Below, piece by piece: positions 56,923 to 64,000 of a DNA stretch of 64,000 nucleotides (the stretch's first letter is position 1; each line of letters starts with the position of its first letter). A program made the translations under genes and the position numbers. The DNA comes from Syntrophorhabdaceae bacterium (GTDB lineage: Bacteria; Desulfobacterota; Syntrophorhabdia; Syntrophorhabdales; Syntrophorhabdaceae): contig OY762209.1 in the NCBI GenBank assembly GCA_963665295.1, forward strand, positions 2,048,001 through 2,112,000, in the 5' to 3' direction. Under the pieces are notes generated by a model. That model made no database searches. It was not told where the DNA came from and worked only from the letters and a program-made list of their open reading frames with translations.

Positions 56923-59900
56923 TTACCTGTCCAGTATGTCCCGTATTTTCCTTGCCAGGTCTTCGAAGGAATAGGGCTTCTGGATGGCGTCAATCCCCTG
57001 CTGGAGAATGAAGTTCGTATGGATGCCGTTCAGGCTGTAACCCGTCATGAAGAGGGCACGGATAGAAGGCTTGATCTGTTTCATGGCCTCGTAGGTTTCC
57101 TTTCCTCCGAGCTTGGGCATGACCACGTCTATGAGGGCGAGGTCGATCTCGCCGCACCGTTCCTTGAATATGTCTATGGCCTCTTCCCCGTCGGCCGCGG
57201 TGATAACCCTGTAACCGATGGTTTCGAGCACTTCCGCGGCGATATTCCGGAGGGGGTCTTCGTCTTCCACTACGAGGACGGTCTCCCCGCCCACCTTCCT
57301 TGCCTGGTGGGAGGACGGCGCTTCTCTCACCACATCCTCGGACGCGGAGGGGAGGTATATCTTGAAAGTCGTTCCCTTGCCTATTTCGCTGTACACGTTG
57401 ATAAAACCGCTATGCTGCTGCACTATGCCGTATACCACGGAGAGTCCGAGACCCGTCCCCATCCCCTTGCCGCTGAAGAAAGGCTCGAAAATCTTGTCCA
57501 GCGTCTCCTGGTCCATTCCCATACCCGTATCCGTGATGGAAAGGACCACGTAATTCCCCGGTTTTGCGTCGGGGTTGAAGCGGCAGTATTCTTCACTCAG
57601 GGCCCGCTCGTGGGTCTCCATGAGGATTTCACCACCCTGGGCCATGGAATCCCTTGCGTTGATCACGAGGTTGAGGAGTATCTGGTCGATCTGACCCACG
57701 TCCACCTTTACAGGGGGGAGCGTCCGCGCCGTAATTACCCTCATATCGATGTTTTCACCGATGACCCGATCCACCATCTTTGCAAAATTCCTGAGGGTGT
57801 CGTTCATATCGACTACTTTCAGTTCGAGGAGCTGGCGCCTGCTGAAGGCGAGCAACTGTTTCACGAACTCAGCGGCCCGGAAGACGGCCCTCTCTATGGA
57901 CGTGCAATAATCGAAAACCCTGTGGTCCTCGGGAACGAATGTCTTGGCAAGTTGGGCGTTTCCAAGGATAATATTAAGCATGTTGTTGAAATCGTGGGCT
58001 ATACCTCCGGCAAGCCTTCCCACGGTCTCAAGCTTTTGAGACTGGAGAAGCTGGCGCTCAAGGATCTTCTCCTTGCTTATGTCGAGCACCGTTCCCACTA
58101 CGGCGGGGCGTCTCTTGTAAGAAGACCTGGACTCCAGCACCTTGAGGGTGCGGGTATCCCCGTCGCCCACTATGATCCTGAATTCGAATTCGTGAGACTT
58201 CGGGAAGTCCTCCTCCTTTTTTTGCAGGAATTCGTTCACCACATCGGCATCTTCCGGATGGATCATGTGGAAGGGCCCCCCTTCGCTCATGGCCTGTTCG
58301 GAGGTGATGTTATGGATCTCGCAGAATTTATGGTTCACGAATCTGAAAGCGTTGTCCTGCATGATGAAGATACCCACGAGGGACGACTCGATGATATTAC
58401 GGTATTCCTCCTCCGATTCGCGAAGCGCATCTTCAGCGCGCACGACCTCGGTAATGTCTTCGCACGTGACGAGAAAATCGCCGGTCTCCAGTCTTATGGA
58501 CTTGAAGTTGACCATCTTGCTGCTCCCGTCCTTGCAGGCCACTGAAAGGGCTACAGGTGTGCGTTCTCCGGTCCGGGCCGCCGCCTCGTCCTTGGGCCAT
58601 GAAAGTTTGGCCAGATGCCGGTATTCCGCCTGGGGAAAGGCATTTCTGAACCAGCCGGCGGCATCCGGGATATCATCGAGGCCGTAGCCGAAGAGTTCCT
58701 GAAATTTCGGGTTTATATACCGGAATGTGTTGTCTTCCCCGACCATCACCATTCCGAAGGGCGCACGGTCTATGAGAAGCCGGAACTTCCTCCGTTCCGC
58801 CTCGAGAGCCTGCTCCGCCCTGATACGTTCCGTAATATCCCGGAGATAGGCGAGCGAGACGGATTGTCCGCCATATGCTATGTTGGCGGCCGACACTTCG
58901 AGAGAGATTATGTCGCCGTTCTTCCTGATGCCCCGGAACACGTATCGCGAGGGAACGGGGTCCCCAAGCTGCCTCAATCTGTTGATCTCGCCGACCCGTT
59001 CCCTGTCTTCGGGGTGGACCATCATGGAGACCGGTTGATCCATGACCTCCTCCATGGTGTCATATCCGAAGACCTCGAGGTACTGCCGGTTCACATAGGC
59101 GTGGGTGTCCCCTGTTATCATGGATACGGCGTCGTTGGAGTTCTCTATCGCCACCCGGTAGCGCTCCTCGGACTCCCTGAGTTCCGACTGAGCCTTTTTG
59201 CGCTCCGTAATGTCGAAAATAGTGACTATTCCCGCCGGCCTTCCCTCCAATTCCATAACCCCTATGGAGGCATCGACCCATTTCCCGTCCGGCCCTTTGT
59301 CCACGAGGCGCATCTCATGGATGGCACGGGACGCTTTATCCCCATCCGGGCGGATATGCCCCGCTTCCCTGAACAGGTCCCGGTAATCGTCATGAGCGAT
59401 CTCCCAGAAATGCATCTTCGTGATCTCCTCGTACGACGAACCGACGATGCGGAGGGCGGCCGGGTTGGCATAGACGAAAAGGTCGTCACGATAGATCAGT
59501 ATGCCGGAAGAGGTGGTCTCCGCAAGAGTCCTGAACCTGTATTCGCTCTCTTCGAGCAATTCCTTGGACACGGTAGTCGAACTCAACTTGGCGACCATGG
59601 CGTTGAAATCCTGGACAAGTTCTCCCGCCTCACCGGTAACGGACGAGTCGACTCTCACGTCGAAATTTCCGTCGTTTACCTCCTTTGTCGCCTCTTTGAG
59701 CCTCACTATGACTTTCGAGAAATATGTGCCCGCCCAGCAGGCCGCGGCGAGCACGATCAGGAGCCCTATGCCCATGATCAGCATGCCTACGCCCATGAAA
59801 GACCGGACAATCCTGTCCACCGTTATCCTGAGGTGGTGGTCGGAGTTCCCCCGGATATCACGCACGGCCTCTATGGGACCTACCAGTTCGTTGATGTAGG

Positions 59901-60504
59901 CGGAGGCGATCACGTTCATCTGAACCCCATCCGCGGTCTTTCTTTCAAGAGGGATCGCATAGAGGTACTTCTGGTCCATCTTTCCGTCGGGTCTCTCCCA
60001 CGTGTAATAACCGTTTGACGGTTTTCCCCACGATGTGGTTTCCATTACCGTCCAGGCCACGGCGAATTCCTCGGAAAGGCGGCGGGGGTCCTGGTTCTCT
60101 ATGGACCGGTCCTGATGAAAGCGTATTATGCCCGAAGCGGTTTCGCCGACGGATGTAAACCCCGTCTTCCCCACGGGTTGGACGGCTATCTGCCTGAATT
60201 CATCACTTTGCTGCAGGTCTTTCAGCGTACGTGCCGGGTGGGTCTTCAGGTAATGCTCTATCTGTGAACTCACACTGACCGTCTTGCGGCGGATGGACTC
60301 TTCCGCCAACCCCCAGAGTACCTTTTCCGTGCGCTGCCATTCCTCGGTGCCCAGTTGACTTATTGTCGCCGTCACTTCCCGGTGGATCTTGCTCCCGTAA
60401 ACCTGGATCAGTACCCCGAAAATGAGTATGGGGATCAGTCCGGAGATGAAGCTTATGAGCATGAGGCGGGTACTCAGCTTTTTCGGTTTTAATTTTGACA
60501 GCAC
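56923..60504 (-). CDS. Membrane hybrid histidine kinase (Cache-like, HAMP, 4 PAS, HisKA, HATPase, REC)
   Basis: Two TMs, GRLAGGIAHDFNN, GTGLGL, C-terminal receiver; start placed at GTG 60504 (ORF track 60552). Confidence 0.92.
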   Translation of the reverse strand: MLSKLKPKKLSTRLMLISFISGLIPILIFGVLIQVYGSKIHREVTATISQLGTEEWQRTEKVLWGLAEESIRRKTVSVSSQIEHYLKTHPARTLKDLQQSDEFRQIAVQPVGKTGFTSVGETASGIIRFHQDRSIENQDPRRLSEEFAVAWTVMETTSWGKPSNGYYTWERPDGKMDQKYLYAIPLERKTADGVQMNVIASAYINELVGPIEAVRDIRGNSDHHLRITVDRIVRSFMGVGMLIMGIGLLIVLAAACWAGTYFSKVIVRLKEATKEVNDGNFDVRVDSSVTGEAGELVQDFNAMVAKLSSTTVSKELLEESEYRFRTLAETTSSGILIYRDDLFVYANPAALRIVGSSYEEITKMHFWEIAHDDYRDLFREAGHIRPDGDKASRAIHEMRLVDKGPDGKWVDASIGVMELEGRPAGIVTIFDITERKKAQSELRESEERYRVAIENSNDAVSMITGDTHAYVNRQYLEVFGYDTMEEVMDQPVSMMVHPEDRERVGEINRLRQLGDPVPSRYVFRGIRKNGDIISLEVSAANIAYGGQSVSLAYLRDITERIRAEQALEAERRKFRLLIDRAPFGMVMVGEDNTFRYINPKFQELFGYGLDDIPDAAGWFRNAFPQAEYRHLAKLSWPKDEAAARTGERTPVALSVACKDGSSKMVNFKSIRLETGDFLVTCEDITEVVRAEDALRESEEEYRNIIESSLVGIFIMQDNAFRFVNHKFCEIHNITSEQAMSEGGPFHMIHPEDADVVNEFLQKKEEDFPKSHEFEFRIIVGDGDTRTLKVLESRSSYKRRPAVVGTVLDISKEKILERQLLQSQKLETVGRLAGGIAHDFNNMLNIILGNAQLAKTFVPEDHRVFDYCTSIERAVFRAAEFVKQLLAFSRRQLLELKVVDMNDTLRNFAKMVDRVIGENIDMRVITARTLPPVKVDVGQIDQILLNLVINARDSMAQGGEILMETHERALSEEYCRFNPDAKPGNYVVLSITDTGMGMDQETLDKIFEPFFSGKGMGTGLGLSVVYGIVQQHSGFINVYSEIGKGTTFKIYLPSASEDVVREAPSSHQARKVGGETVLVVEDEDPLRNIAAEVLETIGYRVITAADGEEAIDIFKERCGEIDLALIDVVMPKLGGKETYEAMKQIKPSIRALFMTGYSLNGIHTNFILQQGIDAIQKPYSFEDLARKIRDILDR

Positions 60505-60923
60505 TGCTCCAGCTCCTTTATGTAAAGTCAATCCACGTAATCCATGCCGCATATGTGTCAGGGATCTAATCAGAAATGAACACTATACAATTTGATGGAC
60601 ACTTTTGATTTATTCTATACCGCTTTTCGCGGCTATGTCAATTTTAACCAGTCTTATCGACACCTTCCGGTCTTGCTTCCGGGAAAGGCGACGTGAAGGC
60701 CCGACGGGGATTGGTGATCCGTGAGGGCCGGTGCGCGACATCCTCCGTCCGCGCGACACAAAGCGTGGCCATCGGCCGCGCCCGCGAGCACCACATCCTT
60801 TCCTACCCCCGCTCTCCTCGGCGCGACATGGCGCAACTCCGGAACGATGAGCGGGGGAGAATGGACAGGCCCGCACTTCCTCAGGCTTGAGGAGCGGCTG
60901 CGGCCGGTCTCGTGTGATATGTT

Positions 60924-61400
60924 TTATTCAAACGAAAAATCGAGGAACATTACCTCTTTCGTTCCGTTCCCGTCCACGGAAAAGTAAAATGGGAGGGAGA
61001 TGATGGGAATCTTTGTGATGAAATTCAATTCCACATTGTGACCCACCACTACCATCGGTATCGCGGCCTTGAGATTGATGCCGCTCTTTTCGAACTCCTT
61101 CCGGGCTTGTCCTGAAATGATGTTCGTCAGTTCGCCGACAGCGTCGACCACTTCGGGGCCGATACTCTGGCATTCATCGCCCACCAGGGTCTTGAACACG
61201 AACAACGCGCCTGTTTCCCTGAAACTTATAGCGATAGTTCCTTTCTTGTCTCCCACGAGTCCCATGATGCCCGTCACGTCCCCGGACGTTGCCCTCACGT
61301 CCTTCAATATCGGCTTACCCATGGCTGTCTCCATTCCAAGCATGGTTTTGAAGACGACCTGGGATGCGGTCACGAAGGGATTAATAAATTTCACGTCCAT
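60924..61400 (-). CDS. cheX: Chemotaxis phosphatase CheX
   Basis: INPFV, DVTGIMGL, DAVGELTNIISG (ExxN motif). Confidence 0.93.
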   Translation of the reverse strand: MDVKFINPFVTASQVVFKTMLGMETAMGKPILKDVRATSGDVTGIMGLVGDKKGTIAISFRETGALFVFKTLVGDECQSIGPEVVDAVGELTNIISGQARKEFEKSGINLKAAIPMVVVGHNVELNFITKIPIISLPFYFSVDGNGTKEVMFLDFSFE

Positions 61401-61431
61401 GTTCTTTCCTCCACTGTGCGTTAGATTAGGG

Positions 61432-61806
61432 CTATTTACCCACCCTCGCCCTCGCCTTGTCGATGGCGTCTTTCAGTTTCTCGGGGGTAAACGGTTTTAC
61501 TATATAGTTGTCAACCCCTGACTTGATGGCCTCCATAATGTTGTCCTTCTGGGCTTCGGCGGTGACCATGATAAAGGGGATCGACTTGTACGTATCGTCG
61601 CCCTTGCAAGCCTTCAGGAATTCTATCCCCGTCATCTCGGGCATGATCCAGTCGCTGATGATCAGATCTACACTGTCGTTCTTCAATACGGACAGGGCGT
61701 GCTTTCCGCTCTCGGCCTCAAGCACGTCCTCAAGGTTGATCTGCTTCAGAACATTCTTGATGATTTTTCTCATTGTCGCAAAATCGTCCACGACGAGGAC
61801 TTTCAT
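61432..61806 (-). CDS. cheY: Chemotaxis response regulator CheY (motor-binding type)
   Basis: VLVVDDFATMRKIIKNVL, SDWIMP, MVTAEA, NYIVKPFT. Confidence 0.96.
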   Translation of the reverse strand: MKVLVVDDFATMRKIIKNVLKQINLEDVLEAESGKHALSVLKNDSVDLIISDWIMPEMTGIEFLKACKGDDTYKSIPFIMVTAEAQKDNIMEAIKSGVDNYIVKPFTPEKLKDAIDKARARVGK

Positions 61807-61852
61807 CGTTTACCTCCTGTTTAATGAACTTTGAAATTTGCATTCTCTATAG

Positions 61853-61879
61853 TTGTCGTGTGATGAAGAATAAACTTAA
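61853..61879 (-). promoter_or_regulatory. sigma28-like promoter of cheY-cheX
   Basis: Minus strand TTAAGTTT-N11-CACGACAA versus consensus TAAAGTTT-N11-GCCGATAA. Confidence 0.6.
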
Positions 61880-61924
61880 ATGGACTTTCCGCGATTAACG
61901 GGGCAGGGCTGAAAATCTCCCGCC

Positions 61925-61951
61925 TTAACCTTTTTGCAAAAATGGCGATAA
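61925..61951 (+). promoter_or_regulatory. sigma28-like promoter upstream of the small ORF
   Basis: TTAA-N15-GGCGATAA; weaker matches at 61871-61897 and 61958-61984. Confidence 0.5.
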
Positions 61952-62026
61952 GGGAAACAGGAGAAAAGATATGAAAGCCGACACTCATATTCATGAAGAC
62001 CGGTCCACCCACGGCAGGAGGGGCAT

Positions 62027-62167
62027 ATGTGGAGCCTTGAACTGATCCGGGAGATCGTCCGCATTCTGATGGGAAGCAGGTGTTACTTCGACCTGGATTT
62101 GAGGGAGAGACACGGTCTCGTCAAGTATATGCTCGGAGACCAGTCGGTGCGCCACCTTGGTTCGTAG
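62027..62167 (+). CDS. Small hypothetical protein (46 aa), below ORF-track cutoff
   Basis: GGAGGGG RBS then MWSLELIREIVRILMGSRCYFDLDLRERHGLVKYMLGDQSVRHLGS*; amphipathic helical pattern. Confidence 0.65.
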   Translation: MWSLELIREIVRILMGSRCYFDLDLRERHGLVKYMLGDQSVRHLGS

Positions 62168-62220
62168 TACCGGCCGCCCCTGATCCACGGAACCCGTTCA
62201 TCTGCCCGCCCTGCTGAAGG

Positions 62221-62922
62221 TCATGCCGGGCCCTCCGTTCCGTCGGTGCGGGAAGGTCCCGCGTCAGCCACTGTAAGCCTTTTATATTCCGAGATAACGT
62301 TCTTAAGGCTGCTTATTCTTCCTTTCCATCCCTTGAGGTATTTATTGTAGGACTGGGGCCTCACCTCAGCGAGGCGGGTGTAGCGCTGCTCCCTCGAGTC
62401 GAGGTATACTTCGAGGTCGCCGTCCGACCTTTTGAGGAGCCTTTTTGCCGCTGCGGGGCTGTTGATGAATGTGTCGAAGTGGACGAGGGCCATGGGGTAG
62501 GCAAGAGCCTTGGCCCCCGACTTGTCCCACAGCTTCTTGTATATCTTTTCCACATCCCCCTTCGAAATATTCCTTATGTCGCCCTTGAACCCCAAAGCCT
62601 TTGCCGTTGATTGAAGGATGCCGTACCTCGACGCCTCCTTGCCCCCGTCATCGGACACATATTTACTCCCTTCCTGGCTAAGCACAAATTTCAGGCACTC
62701 ACGGAACTTCAACTGGTCCTCCACCTCCTCGGGAGATATGGGGGACTGAGAAGCGCCCGTGTAGACAGGGCCCTTCGTCGCCGTCTTCTCTATGGACCTC
62801 GTCAAAAGCTTGTCGAAAGAAGCGTCCGTCACCCGCGCTGCCGGGGCCTTCGTCCCCCTTCTTTCCAAATATAGATTCTGGTACTGCATAGCGGCTTGAA
62901 TAAGGTCGGTATAAGATGCCAT
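62221..62922 (-). CDS. Glycoside hydrolase family 108 (lysozyme-like muramidase) with N-terminal extension
   Basis: FVLSQEG..Y..DDGG...RYGI, DIRNIS...EKIY..LW, HFDTFINS, C-terminal YLKGWKGRI peptidoglycan-binding-type motif. Confidence 0.8.
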   Translation of the reverse strand: MASYTDLIQAAMQYQNLYLERRGTKAPAARVTDASFDKLLTRSIEKTATKGPVYTGASQSPISPEEVEDQLKFRECLKFVLSQEGSKYVSDDGGKEASRYGILQSTAKALGFKGDIRNISKGDVEKIYKKLWDKSGAKALAYPMALVHFDTFINSPAAAKRLLKRSDGDLEVYLDSREQRYTRLAEVRPQSYNKYLKGWKGRISSLKNVISEYKRLTVADAGPSRTDGTEGPA

Positions 62923-62961
62923 AGGCTCTCCAGGATAAAGGAATATAATAAGGTAGCAAGA

Positions 62962-62978
62962 TGCAATATAGGTGCCAA
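62962..62978 (-). promoter_or_regulatory. sigma54 promoter of the GH108 gene
   Basis: Minus strand TTGGCACCTATATTGCA, 14/17 identical to the fliL promoter. Confidence 0.9.
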
Positions 62979-63133
62979 TTGAGGCAGATCACCTGTTCAC
63001 CAGCATTCCCGTCCTTGGGCACCATTTGAGGTTTCTTTTGCCCGGCTTGTGCGACGCCCCTCTTTTTGAGGGCCCTTTTCCGTCCTTTCTTTCTCCAACC
63101 GGCAGCCGCGGCCGCGGTGGGCGTTACCCTGCC

Positions 63134-63161
63134 TGTCATGAAGGGTGACAAATTTTTGACA
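63134..63161. promoter_or_regulatory. FleQ-box-like sites between the GH108 gene and cheW
   Basis: TGTCA-N7-TGACA overlapping TGACA-AATTTT-TGACA (one mismatch to TGTCA-N6-TGACA). Confidence 0.5.
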
Positions 63162-63236
63162 GCTTCGGGATTTCCTGTACGGACGGGGTTCTTCGCTCCT
63201 TCCCGGCGCGCTCCCGGGATATCTCCCGACAAGAGC

Positions 63237-63263
63237 TTAAGTTTTTTCCGTCATGTGCGATCA
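63237..63263 (+). promoter_or_regulatory. sigma28-like promoter of cheW
   Basis: TTAAGTTT-N11-TGCGATCA; same -35 octamer as the cheY promoter. Confidence 0.55.
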
Positions 63264-63312
63264 CTACCTCTAGAATAAGATTTGTTTCGTCTATTCTGAT
63301 CAAAGGAGGCGC

Positions 63313-63783
63313 ATGATGGAAGATGGCAAGATACTGCAACTGGTGACATTCAAGCTGGAAAGCGAGGAATTCGGCGTCGATATCCTGAAGGTCCAGGAGA
63401 TCAACCGGATGATGAATATTACAAGGATACCCAATGCCCCCACCTTTATAGAGGGTGTCATAAACCTGCGCGGGAAGATTATACCCATCGTGGACCTGAG
63501 GAAGAGGCTCGGGTTCAGGAACGGGAGCTTTGACAAGGCCACACGAATAATAGTTGTGGAGCTCGACGGACTTGTTCTCGGCTTCATCGTGGACTCCGTG
63601 TCGGAAGTGCTCCGGATACCGGGGAACACGATAGAACCGCCTCCGTCAATTGTGGCGGGTATTGAATCGGAGTATATCGAGGGAGTGGGGAAACTCGACA
63701 ACAGGCTTCTCATACTTCTCGAACTGAAGAAGGTGTTCTCATCTCCGGACAGAAAAGAGCTTGAGAATATTGAAAACAATTAA
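63313..63783 (+). CDS. cheW: Chemotaxis coupling protein CheW
   Basis: LQLVTFKL, VQEINR, GVINLRGKIIPIVDLRKR, IVDSVSEV. Confidence 0.97.
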   Translation: MMEDGKILQLVTFKLESEEFGVDILKVQEINRMMNITRIPNAPTFIEGVINLRGKIIPIVDLRKRLGFRNGSFDKATRIIVVELDGLVLGFIVDSVSEVLRIPGNTIEPPPSIVAGIESEYIEGVGKLDNRLLILLELKKVFSSPDRKELENIENN

Positions 63784-63801
63784 ATTAAAGGACAGGACGG
63801 G

Positions 63802-64000
63802 ATGGGCGACACCTTCGATACGAATTTACTCAGCCAGGTGACGGCGCTGAGCGGAAAATTGTCCGTTTCCAGGGAGCGTGTCAGCCTGTTCCGGAAGGCC
63901 AGGGAGAACGAACATAAGAAAGGCGGCCCTTCTTCAAAGGCTCAGCCGCCCGAGGAGCAGCCTGCCGAGGCTGATCATCCCCGCCGGGACGGGCCCGAGG
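63802..64000 (+). CDS. Hypothetical protein, truncated by the window end
   Basis: ATG after a purine-rich RBS, open to the end: MGDTFDTNLLSQVTALSGKLSVSRERVSLFRKARENEHKK... Confidence 0.5.
   Translation, partial: MGDTFDTNLLSQVTALSGKLSVSRERVSLFRKARENEHKKGGPSSKAQPPEEQPAEADHPRRDGPE

Noticed and set aside
56524..60018. Long plus-strand ORFs (673 aa at 56524-58545, 467 aa at 58615-60018)
   Set aside because: Antisense shadows of the hybrid kinase caused by GC-rich codon bias; no motifs or RBS.

Overview
GC-rich bacterial chromosomal window, probably from an anaerobic deltaproteobacterium-like organism (an inference from protein style, not a database result). It has four blocks. (1) 1-20809, minus strand: flagellar export/basal-body/hook cluster in three sigma54 units, fleS-fleR-like/flgBC/fliEFGHIJ, fliK-flgD-flgE, and fliLMNOPQR-flhB-flhA (partial). 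FliK is 905 aa and carries 14 tandem 63-nt (21-aa) repeats. (2) 21235-40216, accessory block: PAS histidine kinase plus two tandemly duplicated NarL-type regulators, an ADP-forming acyl-CoA ligase in beta-alpha order fused to a GNAT domain facing acs, a serine hydrolase, flavodoxin-yqhD, a PAS/HD-GYP protein and an M16 peptidase. (3) 40346-60504, minus strand: FleQ-like sigma54 activator, a complete sigma54-driven chemosensory operon (receiver, double-hairpin soluble MCP, STAS, cheY, cheA, mcp, cheW, cheR, cheD, cheB), and a multi-PAS kinase/NtrC-type pair plus a hybrid kinase. (4) 60924-64000: cheY-cheX, an unannotated 46-aa ORF behind sigma28-like promoters, a GH108 muramidase behind a flagellar-type sigma54 promoter, and cheW. 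I found no rRNA, tRNA, CRISPR array or transposase. The best leads are the GH108 enzyme as a candidate flagellar cell-wall hydrolase, the repeat-expanded FliK ruler, and the permuted ligase-GNAT fusion next to acs.
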